Assembly: GCA_963775425.1 (NCBI GenBank)
Contig: CAVZJB010000005.1
Span: 384,001 to 448,000 of the forward strand
Reading direction: 5' to 3'
Length of the DNA: 64,000 nucleotides
Source of the DNA: an uncultured delta proteobacterium
GTDB taxonomy: Bacteria > Myxococcota > UBA727 > VGSZ01
Shown: positions 43,685 to 52,822 of the stretch, one piece after another
Layout of the letters: every line of letters starts with the position of its first letter
How positions within the stretch are numbered: the first letter of the stretch is position 1
The notes under the pieces: model-generated
What the model was told of the DNA's origin: nothing
The model's database searches: none
Seen by the model: the letters and a program-made list of their open reading frames with translations, nothing else
Program-made: the position numbers and the translations under genes

Positions 43685-45163
43685 GTGCGCTCCCCTTACG
43701 GCGCCGTCTGCACGGCGCTGTCCGTTCTTACCTGGCTCTCGCTGGGCGTCTCCGCGCCCACGCAGGCGCGCCCGCACAAGCCCGCGCGGCTCGTGGTGGC
43801 CGTGCTGCCCTTCGGCTCGCACGACGGCATCAGCAAGGCCGTCGCGCGCCGCCTGCGACACTCCGTCTCGTTGTCGTCGAAGACGCGCGCCATCTCCAAC
43901 GCGCTCGACGACGCCGGTGAGTCGGGCTTCCAGCCCGTTCAGCTCGCGGCCATCCTCGGGCACCGCCACGTGGACGTCCTGGTGCGCCTCCAGTCGGATC
44001 CGGCGGGCATCGTGCTCACCGCCTTCGGCAAGGACGGTCTGCCGCGCCTGAAAAAGGAGCTGCCGCTCGAGTCCGACCGCGAGATCGTGCGCGCGGTGGC
44101 GGGCGCCCTCGGGCCCGTCCTCGAGGGGTGGCGCGACCTGAAGCCCCTGCCGCAGCACCGGGGCGACGCCGCCGGCGGCGGCGGCGGCGGCGACGACGAC
44201 GCGCCCCCGCACGCGCTCACGAGCGCCGGCGACGGCGGCGACGAGCACAAGGTCCCGCTCCACAGCATCGACGACGAGTCGGAGGGGTCCTCCGCGTCCC
44301 CCGCGGGCGACGACGACAGCAGCAGCGCGGTGGACTCCGATGAGAGCCACGAGTCCATCGACGACGTCGAGGCCGCGGCCAAGCCGGAGGGCGGCGGGCA
44401 CCACCGTTCCGTCGCCGTGTCCGCCGGGCTCGACATCGGCACGTGGAGCTGGAGCTTCGACGGCGCCCCGGACGTCAAAGCGAGCGCGGGCGCGCCCATC
44501 TTCTCGGGCGGCAGCGTGCTCCTGGACGTGTCACCACTCGCGTTCGCCGGCATCCGCTTCATCGCCGTGGACGCCGAGCTCGCCGGTGCCTTCGTGCCGT
44601 TCACGCTGCGTGGCACGCCCGTGGCGCCGCAGGAGTTCTCGTCGCCGCAGGTGCGCGCGAGCGCGCTGTTGAAGCTGCGCTACACGTTCTCCGGCGGCAC
44701 CGCCATCGGCGTGCGCGGCGGGTACCGCACCATCATCGCCGCCGCCGCCAAGCAGCAGACCAACGTCGCCGGCGCGGTCAAAAACGTCACCGTCATCCCC
44801 GCCTATCGCGTGCAGGCCATCGCCGCGGGGGTCGACGCGTTCATCCCCATCGACGTCGGCGGCCACCCGCTCGAGCTCGAGGCGCGCCTCGAGGCGCTGC
44901 CGCTCACCAGCTACGTGGAGGCCCCCGACAACCCCGGCGCGGCGTCGGTGGCGTTCGGCGGCTACGCCTTCCTCGCCGCGCGCTACGTCGACGCCTCGGG
45001 GCTGTTCATCGAGGGGCGCGTGGAGGGCACCGGCGTGCGCGTCACGTTCACCGACGTCGGCACCCGCAACGCGCTCAAGGGCGACGCGCTCGTGCCCATC
45101 GAAGGCGGCACGACGTTGAACCTCGGCGGCGCGGCCTCGCTCGGCGCGGGCTTCGAGTTCTGA
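43685..45163 (+). CDS. hypothetical outer-membrane protein (N-terminal alpha/beta domain, acidic linker, C-terminal beta-barrel)
   Basis: Signal peptide; alternating beta strands; terminal GAGFEF. Confidence 0.6.
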   Translation: MRSPYGAVCTALSVLTWLSLGVSAPTQARPHKPARLVVAVLPFGSHDGISKAVARRLRHSVSLSSKTRAISNALDDAGESGFQPVQLAAILGHRHVDVLVRLQSDPAGIVLTAFGKDGLPRLKKELPLESDREIVRAVAGALGPVLEGWRDLKPLPQHRGDAAGGGGGGDDDAPPHALTSAGDGGDEHKVPLHSIDDESEGSSASPAGDDDSSSAVDSDESHESIDDVEAAAKPEGGGHHRSVAVSAGLDIGTWSWSFDGAPDVKASAGAPIFSGGSVLLDVSPLAFAGIRFIAVDAELAGAFVPFTLRGTPVAPQEFSSPQVRASALLKLRYTFSGGTAIGVRGGYRTIIAAAAKQQTNVAGAVKNVTVIPAYRVQAIAAGVDAFIPIDVGGHPLELEARLEALPLTSYVEAPDNPGAASVAFGGYAFLAARYVDASGLFIEGRVEGTGVRVTFTDVGTRNALKGDALVPIEGGTTLNLGGAASLGAGFEF

Positions 45164-45176
45164 CGAGCCTTGCCAC

Positions 45177-46514
45177 TCATCGAATTCGCTTCCTGCGGCT
45201 GAGCCACCCGAGCGCGGCGAGGCCTGCCGCGGCTGACACGGTCGAGGCGCAGAGAATTCCGATCTTGGCCGCATCCAGCATGGCGGGCGGGAACGCCAGC
45301 CCGGCGATGAACAGCGACATCGTGAAGCCGATCCCGGTGAGGAGGGCGCCGGCGCCGAGGAAGGGCCAGCTCAACTCCGCGGGGCGCCGGGCGAGACCGA
45401 CGCGGACGGCGAGCCAGCTCAACGCGAACACGCCGATCGGCTTGCCGAGCGCCATGCTTGCGGCGATCGCGATGGAGACCGGCTGGCGAAAGCCCGCAAA
45501 GGAGATCGCAACGCCCGCATTGGCGAGCGCGAAGATCGGCATGATGGCGAAGCTCGCCCACGGGTGCAGCTTCATCTCGAGCTGCTCCACCGGCGACAGC
45601 GCCTCGCGCGCCGCGCGCCCGGCTTGTCGGAGGTCGGCGCGATCCTCCGTATCTCCGCTCCAGTGCTGGCCCTCTGGATAGGAAAGCACTCGGCCGAAGA
45701 TCGCGCGCAGACGTTCGTCGGTCACCCATCCTCGTGTCGGGGTCATCAGGCCGAGCAGGACACCCGCGACCGTGGGATGGATCCCCGAGGCGTCGAACGC
45801 GAGCCAGACGAACCCGCCGAGCACAAAGAAGACGGGGATGCTTCGGATCCCCAAGCGCGCGGTCCCGAGCACCACCGCGAGACCGAGGGCGGCGACGCCC
45901 AGCGCCGACCACACGACGCTCTCGCCGTAGCCAATCGCCACGACGAGGATCGCGCCCACGTCATCGAAGATGGCAAGCGAGAGGAGAAACAGGCGCAGCA
46001 CGGGGGGAATGCGGGCGCCGAGCAACGCGAGGCAGCCAATGACGAACGCGGTGTCCGTCGCCATCACGGCGCCCCAGCCGTTCGCACCTGGCTTGTTCGC
46101 CATGAGCACGAGATAGACAGACGCGGGGACAAGCATCCCGCCGAGGGCGCCGGCGAACGGCAGCGCCGCGCCCCGCCACCCGCGGAGCTCTCCGAGAACG
46201 AGCTCGCGCTTGAGCTCGAGCGCAACCACGAAGAAGAAGAGCGTCATCAAGCCGTCGTTCAGCCAGTGCTGCAAGGAGCGACTGAATTCGAAGGAGCCAA
46301 ACCGCAAGCCCACCCGGATCTGCCAGAAATGCAGGAACGGCGCCGACCACGGGGTGTTGGCGAGGATCAAGGCGGCGCAGGTTGCGACAAACAGCACGAC
46401 GCCGGCGGCGGCTTCGATCTTGAGAAAGCGTCCGAGCGGCTTGGTGAACCGGTCGGCCGCCTCGGACGGAAGCGCTTGAAGAGGGCGGACCTTCGAATTT
46501 TTTCGCGATGCCAG
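45177..46514 (-). CDS. nhaA: Na+/H+ antiporter NhaA
   Basis: WLNDGLMTLFFF..LELKRE, ATDTAF, LAIFDD, GKPIG, GIGFTMSLFI; start uncertain (CTG at 46514 behind GGAGG). Confidence 0.92.
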   Translation of the reverse strand: MASRKNSKVRPLQALPSEAADRFTKPLGRFLKIEAAAGVVLFVATCAALILANTPWSAPFLHFWQIRVGLRFGSFEFSRSLQHWLNDGLMTLFFFVVALELKRELVLGELRGWRGAALPFAGALGGMLVPASVYLVLMANKPGANGWGAVMATDTAFVIGCLALLGARIPPVLRLFLLSLAIFDDVGAILVVAIGYGESVVWSALGVAALGLAVVLGTARLGIRSIPVFFVLGGFVWLAFDASGIHPTVAGVLLGLMTPTRGWVTDERLRAIFGRVLSYPEGQHWSGDTEDRADLRQAGRAAREALSPVEQLEMKLHPWASFAIMPIFALANAGVAISFAGFRQPVSIAIAASMALGKPIGVFALSWLAVRVGLARRPAELSWPFLGAGALLTGIGFTMSLFIAGLAFPPAMLDAAKIGILCASTVSAAAGLAALGWLSRRKRIR

Positions 46515-46605
46515 TCGCCGCCTCCGTCGTCGACAAGATAGCGACAAACGTGCGATCGCAGGGGAAGGCGCCTCGCCTCGGCGTCCTTGCTCGACTGCGC
46601 CCGGC

Positions 46606-46637
46606 CGATCTGTGCCGAAGCGATCTGTGCCGAAGCG
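46606..46637. repeat. perfect 15-bp tandem duplication in divergent intergenic region
   Basis: CGATCTGTGCCGAAG x2 plus CG. Confidence 0.8.
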
Positions 46638-46674
46638 GGTTGCGGGGCGGCGCAGGGATCGCCACAGGGGGCGC

Positions 46675-46869
46675 ATGGACCAAAACGTCCTGCTCCTGCT
46701 CGTGCCCGTGCTGCTCATCGAGCTGTCGATGAAGGTGGTCGCGCTCGTCAGCCTCTCGCGCGCGGAGCGCACGCGCGGACCCAAGGTCGTCTGGGCACTG
46801 GCCATCGTGCTCACCACCGTCATCGGTTGGGCGCTTTACTTCATCGTCGGTCGAGACCCGCATCGATGA
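46675..46869 (+). CDS. PLDc_N domain small membrane protein (YxlE-like)
   Basis: 64 aa, 2 TM, KVVWALAIV..IGWALYFIVGR. Confidence 0.8.
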   Translation: MDQNVLLLLVPVLLIELSMKVVALVSLSRAERTRGPKVVWALAIVLTTVIGWALYFIVGRDPHR

Positions 46870-47843
46870 GCGCCGCCGTCGCCGTCGCCGGTCTCACCAA
46901 GCGCTTCGGCGACGTCACCGCCGTCGACGACCTCTCGCTCGTCGTCGAGGGCCCGGGCGTGTTCGGCTTCCTCGGGCAAAACGGCGCCGGCAAGTCCACG
47001 ACCATCAAGATGCTCACGGGCCTGGTGCGCCCCACCGCGGGAGACATCCGTCTGCTGGGCGAGCCGGTGCGCGCCGGCGACGGGGGCGTGCGCCGCCGGC
47101 TCGGCTACCTGCCGCAGGACCCCGGCTTCTATCCGTGGATGACGGGCGTCGAGTACCTGCTCTTCACCGCCGCGCTCTTCGGCGTGACCGGCGCCGACGC
47201 CAGGCGCAGGGCGGCCGCGTGCCTGGATCGCTGCGGCCTCGACGAGGGCGCGCGCAAGCGGCGCGTGGGCGGTTGGTCGGGCGGCATGAAGCAGCGCCTG
47301 GGCATCGCCGCGGCGCTCATCCACGAGCCCAAGCTGCTGCTCCTCGACGAGCCCGTCTCGGCGCTCGACCCCGTCGGCCGCGCCGACGTGCTCGCGCTCC
47401 TGGAGGAGCTCGGCGCCGACGCCACCGTGCTCATGTCGAGCCACATCCTCGCCGACGTCGAGCGCGTCTGCGCGGACGTCGCCATCCTCCACGAGGGCCG
47501 CCTCCTCGCGCACGAGCCGGTCGCCACGCTCAAGGCGCGCGCGCGCAAGAGCGCGTTCGACGTCACGCTCCACGCCACCGGCACCGCCGCCGAGGCCGTC
47601 GCCGCGGCGCTGCGCGCCGCCGCCGAGGTCGTCTCCGTCACGCCGTTGCCGCGCGCGCCGGGCGCGTCCGACGACGTCACGCCCCTGCGCGTCTTCGTGC
47701 GCGACACGAAGGACGGCGAGCGCGCCTTGCCCCGCCTGCTCGCCGCCGCGCAGGCGCCGGTGGTGTCGCTCGCCGTGTGCGCGCCGAGCCTCGAGGAGGT
47801 GTTCATCTCGCTCGTCGGCCACCACGAAGAGGTGCGGACGTGA
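46866..47843 (+). CDS. ABC transporter ATP-binding protein
   Basis: GQNGAGKST, SGGMKQR, LLLLDEP, SSH; ATGA overlap. Confidence 0.93.
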   Translation: MSAAVAVAGLTKRFGDVTAVDDLSLVVEGPGVFGFLGQNGAGKSTTIKMLTGLVRPTAGDIRLLGEPVRAGDGGVRRRLGYLPQDPGFYPWMTGVEYLLFTAALFGVTGADARRRAAACLDRCGLDEGARKRRVGGWSGGMKQRLGIAAALIHEPKLLLLDEPVSALDPVGRADVLALLEELGADATVLMSSHILADVERVCADVAILHEGRLLAHEPVATLKARARKSAFDVTLHATGTAAEAVAAALRAAAEVVSVTPLPRAPGASDDVTPLRVFVRDTKDGERALPRLLAAAQAPVVSLAVCAPSLEEVFISLVGHHEEVRT

Positions 47844-48611
47844 GCGGCTTCGCGGCGGTGTGCCGCAAGGAGCTGCTCGAGCAGGTGCGCACGTTCCGCT
47901 TCCTCATCGTGCTCGTCGCGCTGGTGCTCGTGGGGCTCGGCTCGCCGCTCCTGGCCAAGGTGATGCCGGAGCTGCTCTCGCGCTTCGCCGGCGACGACAC
48001 CGGAGGCGTGCAGCTCCTGTTGCTCAAGGAGCCCGGCGTCACCGACGCGCTCTTCCAGTACCAGAAGAACATGGCGCTCGTCCCGCTGCTCGTCATCTTC
48101 GTGAACATCGCCACGCTGAGCGGCGAGCGAGGGCGCGGCACGTTGCCGATGCTGCTCGTGAAGCCCGTCTCGCGCGGCACGGTGCTCCTCGCCAAGGCCG
48201 TGGTGCCGCTGGCGCTCATCGTCGCGGGCACCGCGATCGCGGCGGCGGGCTGCCTGTTGTACACGACAATCCTCTTCGGGGAGGTCGACGTCGCCGGCTT
48301 CCTCCTCGTGAACGCGCTGCTGCTCCTCTCGTTCACGGCGTACCTCGCGCTCACGCTCTTCGGCAGCGTGGTGACGCCCACCGTCGCCGCCTCTGCCGGC
48401 GTGGGCCTCGGCGGGTACGTGCTGCTCGCGCTGCTCGGCGCGCTGCCGGGCATCGGCCGCTACACGCCCGCCGGCCTCGGCAGCGCCGTCGTCGACCTGA
48501 CGCTCGGCAGGGACACGCCACACCTCGCAGGCAGCGTCGTGGCCACGGCGCTCATCACGGTCGCGCTCTTCGTCGCCGCGGAGCGGATCTTCGCGCGACA
48601 GGAGATTCTGA
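47840..48611 (+). CDS. ABC-2 type permease (YxlG-like); as assembled it reads through into the next gene
   Basis: KELLEQVRT..., ERGRGTL, KPVSR, 6 TM, ends FARQEI; TGA at 48609-48611 is one base out of frame. Confidence 0.8.
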
Positions 48612-50362
48612 TGCGCACCTCGCGGCGCGCCGCTGCGGGTCACCGGCCCGCTTCGAGGGAGCGCCCGGTCAGAGGCGTGATCGCCGTCTTCATCGGCGTC
48701 GCCATGGGGTTGCCGTGCGCGTGCGCCAGGCCGCTGCCCGAGGCGGGCGCCCCGATCGCGCGGCTCGAGGTGCACGAAGAGGCGCGCGCGTCGCTCGGCC
48801 CCGTCGTCGGCGCCGCCGTTGTCTCCGCCGCCGTCGGCGTGCCCGGCGGCGTGGTCGAGCGCGTGCGGGTCGCGCCGGCGTCGCGCGCGACGATGAGCCT
48901 GCGCATCGACGGCGCGCTCGTCTCGGACGGCGACGGCGCCGTGCGCTACGACCAGCGCCGGCGGCAGGGGCGCGAGGTCGACGCCGTCGTCGTGCAGCGC
49001 GTCGCCCCCGGGCGCTTTGCGTGGCGGCACACGAAGGGCCTCGCCGTGTCGCGGCGTGAGGTTCGGGCGCCGGGGGTCCTCGTCGACGAGGCGCGCACGC
49101 CGATGGAGGGCGTCGGCGGCTCCCTCGCGCTGTGGTGGGCGCTCGCAGCGCGGCTGCCGCGCACCGGACCGGCCGAGACCCAGCTCGACGCGCTCGACGT
49201 CCGCGCCGGCGTGCCCGTGAAGGTCTGGGTGAGCCGCCGCCAGGCCGCCGACGTCGACGTCGACGGTGAGCGCGTGCACGCGCTGCGCTTCTTCGTATCC
49301 ACGCGCGCCTCGAGTCACACCGTGTGGATCGACGGGAGCAGCGGCGCGCTGCTGTTCCTCGACGCCGTCGGCGGCGTCTACGTGCGGCCGGGCTTCTTGC
49401 CGCCGGAGCCGCCGCCGCCGCCGCTGCCTGACGGCGTGACCGAGGAGGACCTCTCCATCCCCGCCGGCGACGTCGTGCTCGGCGCCACGCTCACGCGACC
49501 GCCGGCGAGCGACACGCCGTCGCCGGGCGTGGTGCTCATCGCGGGCAGCGGCCCCATGGACCGCGACGAGAGCCCGCTCATGGTCTTCCGCGACCTCGCC
49601 CACGGGCTCGCGGCACGCGGCTTCGCCGTCTTGCGCTACGACAAACGCGGCATCGCCGCCAGCCGCTTTGTCGACGACGAAGGGCCCCACGATCAAACCC
49701 GGGAGGCGCTCGCGCGCGACGCGCGCGCGGCGCTCGAGGCGCTCGCGCGACAGCAGGGCATGGACGCGCGCTGCCTCTCGCTCGTCGGCCACAGCGAGGG
49801 CGGCTACCTCGCGCCGCTTGTGGCGCGCGACGACGAGCGCGCCGCCGCCGTCGTGCTGCTCGCCGGACCGGTGGAGCCGCTGTTCGATCTGCTGCGGGAG
49901 CAGGCGCGGCTGATCCTGCAGGCCCACGGCTTGAGCGACGCGGAGCTCCGCGCGGGCCTCGCCGCGCAGCGCGCGACCCTCGAGCCCATCGAAGCGCGCG
50001 TGGCGCGCGCGGACCCGACGCTCGCCGACGCCGACCCGGCGACGCGATGGCTCGCGAGCTACGCCGCGTACGATCCGCTGCCCACGCTCGCGGCTCTGCA
50101 CGTGCCCGTGCTCGGGCTGTACGGCGGCGCCGACCTGCAGGTGCCCGCGTCGCAACCCGATCGCCTGCGGGCGTTCGCGCGTGAGCACAAGCGCGACGAC
50201 GTCACCGTCGAGGTCATCCCCGGCGTCGATCACACCTTCAAGGACGTCCCCGCCGGCCGCACGGGCATGGGCGTCCTCCTCGATCCCGATCGCCCCCTCG
50301 ACCCGCGCACCGTCGCGAAGATCGGCGACTGGCTCGATGCGCACGGCTGCCGTACGCGATGA
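48611..50362 (+). CDS. alpha/beta hydrolase (S9/DUF3887-like), probably a lipoprotein
   Basis: LIAGSGPMDRDE, LRYDKRG, GHSEG nucleophile, GGADLQV, DHTF; signal-like segment with Cys. Confidence 0.82.
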   Translation: MRTSRRAAAGHRPASRERPVRGVIAVFIGVAMGLPCACARPLPEAGAPIARLEVHEEARASLGPVVGAAVVSAAVGVPGGVVERVRVAPASRATMSLRIDGALVSDGDGAVRYDQRRRQGREVDAVVVQRVAPGRFAWRHTKGLAVSRREVRAPGVLVDEARTPMEGVGGSLALWWALAARLPRTGPAETQLDALDVRAGVPVKVWVSRRQAADVDVDGERVHALRFFVSTRASSHTVWIDGSSGALLFLDAVGGVYVRPGFLPPEPPPPPLPDGVTEEDLSIPAGDVVLGATLTRPPASDTPSPGVVLIAGSGPMDRDESPLMVFRDLAHGLAARGFAVLRYDKRGIAASRFVDDEGPHDQTREALARDARAALEALARQQGMDARCLSLVGHSEGGYLAPLVARDDERAAAVVLLAGPVEPLFDLLREQARLILQAHGLSDAELRAGLAAQRATLEPIEARVARADPTLADADPATRWLASYAAYDPLPTLAALHVPVLGLYGGADLQVPASQPDRLRAFAREHKRDDVTVEVIPGVDHTFKDVPAGRTGMGVLLDPDRPLDPRTVAKIGDWLDAHGCRTR

Positions 50363-50443
50363 GGGGTTCGGGCCGGCAGCGGAAGCGGCACGTCGGCGCA
50401 TCACCCGCTCGCTCGAACCCGGGACGAGCTCCGCCGGCAGCCG

Positions 50444-51019
50444 TCAAGGACGTCGTGGCGGCCCGGAGCAAGGAGGCGGCGCACGGCGAGCACCGCGCAG
50501 CGGCGGCGCGGGGCGACGGCCCGCTCGCCAGACCAGGGCGGGCGCGAGGAAGAAGGCGAGCACGAAAAACGGCGCGGCGCCCGCGGCGGCCGAGCAGCCG
50601 AAGCCGTACTCGACGGGCGCCGTGGCGAGGGCGACAGGGCCGGCGTCGCCGCCGGACGCGTCAGCGACGTTCGGGTCCGTGCCGCCGTGGAGCTCGTCGA
50701 CGTCGGTGACGCCGTCGCCGTCGCTGTCGACGCCGTCGGCGTCGAGCTGGTCGATGGCGCTGTGCAGGGACGCGACGTCTTCGAGGACGAGCCCGCGCGC
50801 TTTGAGCGCGATGCCGAAGTCCTTGGTGACCGTGCCGATGCCGCCGACGTTGTTGGTGTGGCAGACGGTGCACTGCGGCAGCGTGTTCAGCGAGAGATAC
50901 GACTGCATCTCCGAGGGATACCCGGGGCTCGCGTGCGCGCCCGTCGCCGCGAAAACGCCGACGGCGGCGACGACGAGCGCGCGCGCGGCGCAGGCGGCTT
51001 TCGAGGGACGAGACGTCAT
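50444..51019 (-). CDS. secreted monoheme (CxxCH) protein with Ca-binding DSDGDG repeat and MYXO-CTERM-like anchor
   Basis: Signal peptide, CTVCH, DSDGDGVTDVDEL..GTDPN, GCSAA + TM + basic tail. Confidence 0.75.
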   Translation of the reverse strand: MTSRPSKAACAARALVVAAVGVFAATGAHASPGYPSEMQSYLSLNTLPQCTVCHTNNVGGIGTVTKDFGIALKARGLVLEDVASLHSAIDQLDADGVDSDGDGVTDVDELHGGTDPNVADASGGDAGPVALATAPVEYGFGCSAAAGAAPFFVLAFFLAPALVWRAGRRPAPPLRGARRAPPPCSGPPRRP

Positions 51020-51035
51020 CGGAAGACCTCGCGGG

Positions 51036-52229
51036 TCACAGGAAGAAGTGGAGCTGCACGAGGCCGACGACGTCGCCGGTGGCGGTGCCGCCGGCGGGGA
51101 AGGTCTCGTGATAGATGCCGTCGAGGCGAAGCTCGGTGTGCGGGAGCACGTACCAGGCCCCGCTGAGCCACACGCCCATCGTCGGCAGGCTCTGCGTGCC
51201 GTCCCCCGTGTACAGCGCCTCCAGCGCGGGCATCACGTGGATGCCGACGAAGGGCTCGTAGTCCGCCGTCAGCCAGCCGGCGCCGCCGACGTCGGTGACG
51301 CCGTCGTGCGACGTGAGGAGGGCGTCGCCCTCCGCCATCACCGCGAGCGAGTCCAGCGCCCCCCACCGGACGAACGCGCCGTGCGCCTGGCGGAACGTGG
51401 CGACGTTGGTGTTGATGTCGCGCGTGGCGTAGGTCGCGAGGCTCGACACGCCGAAGCCGAGGCGCTCGACGGCGTCGATCTCCAGGTAGCCCGAGTAGCC
51501 GCGCTCGCGCACGGCGTCGGGGCGGATCTGGTAGTTGCCCGCGATGGCCATGATCTCGCCGCGCAGCACCTCGTTGCCGAACCACAGGGAGACGCCGTGT
51601 TGTTGCTGCACGTCGCCGTTGGTGCGTGTGTAGTCGCGAACGAACGCGGTGTGCTCGTTGATGCGCAAGCCGAACGGCAGCGGCATGCGCCCCGCGCGCA
51701 GCTCCATGGCGCCGTCGAACAGCTTGAGCCCGATCCAGTGCTCGCGCGACACCAGGGCGTTGTCGGGTCCGGCGTTCGGCGAGACCACCACCGCGGGCCC
51801 GACGTTCCTCACGCCGTAGCCGAGCGCGGCGTGGGCCACCACGGGGCCGACCTCGATGGTGGCCGTGCCGTCGAGCGCCATCACCAAGGGCACCGGCAGG
51901 ATCTTTCCGCCCGCGTCGAGGAGCATGCCGCCGCCGCGGACGTTCCCCCCGAGGTTCAGCCAGTCCGGTGGCGTGAGCAGACCGAAGAGGAGCCCCGCCG
52001 TCGGCGAGGGCTCACCGCTGTCGAAGTCGGAGGCGTTGGCGTGCCATCGCACGAGCAGGTCGCTCATGCCGCGGCCGTAGGCCGTGATCTGGCCGGCGCC
52101 GCTCGGGTCGACGTGGCACGCCGCGCAGCTCGCGTAGTTATGCGTGATGGTCCACGGGTACGCCGCCGCCGGCGGTGCGAACACCGCGGCGGCGACGACG
52201 ACGAGAGCGGTACCGACGAGACCGCGCAC
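51036..52229 (-). CDS. cytochrome c-beta-barrel fusion (Cyc2-like architecture)
   Basis: Signal peptide, YP..CAACH..YG at N-terminus, then amphipathic beta strands ending QLHFFL. Confidence 0.72.
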   Translation of the reverse strand: MRGLVGTALVVVAAAVFAPPAAAYPWTITHNYASCAACHVDPSGAGQITAYGRGMSDLLVRWHANASDFDSGEPSPTAGLLFGLLTPPDWLNLGGNVRGGGMLLDAGGKILPVPLVMALDGTATIEVGPVVAHAALGYGVRNVGPAVVVSPNAGPDNALVSREHWIGLKLFDGAMELRAGRMPLPFGLRINEHTAFVRDYTRTNGDVQQQHGVSLWFGNEVLRGEIMAIAGNYQIRPDAVRERGYSGYLEIDAVERLGFGVSSLATYATRDINTNVATFRQAHGAFVRWGALDSLAVMAEGDALLTSHDGVTDVGGAGWLTADYEPFVGIHVMPALEALYTGDGTQSLPTMGVWLSGAWYVLPHTELRLDGIYHETFPAGGTATGDVVGLVQLHFFL

Positions 52230-52232
52230 GAT

Positions 52233-52805
52233 TCACCGCTGGGCTTGGAAGGAGACGTCGATGTTGACGTCGGGCTTCATGGTGACGCCGAGGTAGACCG
52301 GGATGACGATGCCGAAGTCGTGCATGTTGAGTCCGAACGAACCCGTGGCGTTGCACAACCCTGCGGCATTGCAAGAGGTCTTGTACTTGAACGGCAGCTC
52401 CTTGCTCTTGCCGTGCAGCGTGACCGTGCCCTTGGCGTCGCCGCCGCCGTTGCCCGCCGCGGCCGGCATCTTCAACGCGGCCTTCGGCACCACCAGGCGG
52501 ACGTCGGGGTACTTGTCGACCTGGAGGTACTTGTCCTTCATGTGCCGGTCGCGGAGCGAGATGCCCGTGGTGAGGTTCTTGAGCGGCACGATGACCGTCA
52601 GGGTCTTGTCGTCCTCAGTGAGCTGGAGGTCGCCGGTCTTGCCCTCGATCTTGAAGCCGCCGGGGCCGACGCCGTGAAACGCCACCGCGGCGGGTTGCTT
52701 GGTGCGTGACACCGCGAGCGCCGCGCAGGTCCACACGGACACGACGACGGCGAGGAACGCCGCGAACCGCACACTACGAAGACCGTTGATTCCCTGTCGC
52801 ATCAT
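52233..52805 (-). CDS. YceI family periplasmic protein
   Basis: AGGAG RBS; LTTGISLRDRHM..YL..KYP, GTVTLHG, DFGI. Confidence 0.9.
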   Translation of the reverse strand: MMRQGINGLRSVRFAAFLAVVVSVWTCAALAVSRTKQPAAVAFHGVGPGGFKIEGKTGDLQLTEDDKTLTVIVPLKNLTTGISLRDRHMKDKYLQVDKYPDVRLVVPKAALKMPAAAGNGGGDAKGTVTLHGKSKELPFKYKTSCNAAGLCNATGSFGLNMHDFGIVIPVYLGVTMKPDVNIDVSFQAQR

Positions 52806-52822
52806 CTGACTCCTCGTTGTCA

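Noticed and set aside
46515-46675. nhaA-I/nhaA-II or Na+ riboswitch upstream of nhaA
   Set aside because: Could not recognise the consensus by eye; an Rfam/Infernal scan would be needed.
47135-47839. N-terminal extension of ORF 47135..50362
   Set aside because: Overlaps the ABC ATPase in another frame; the permease starts at GTG 47840.
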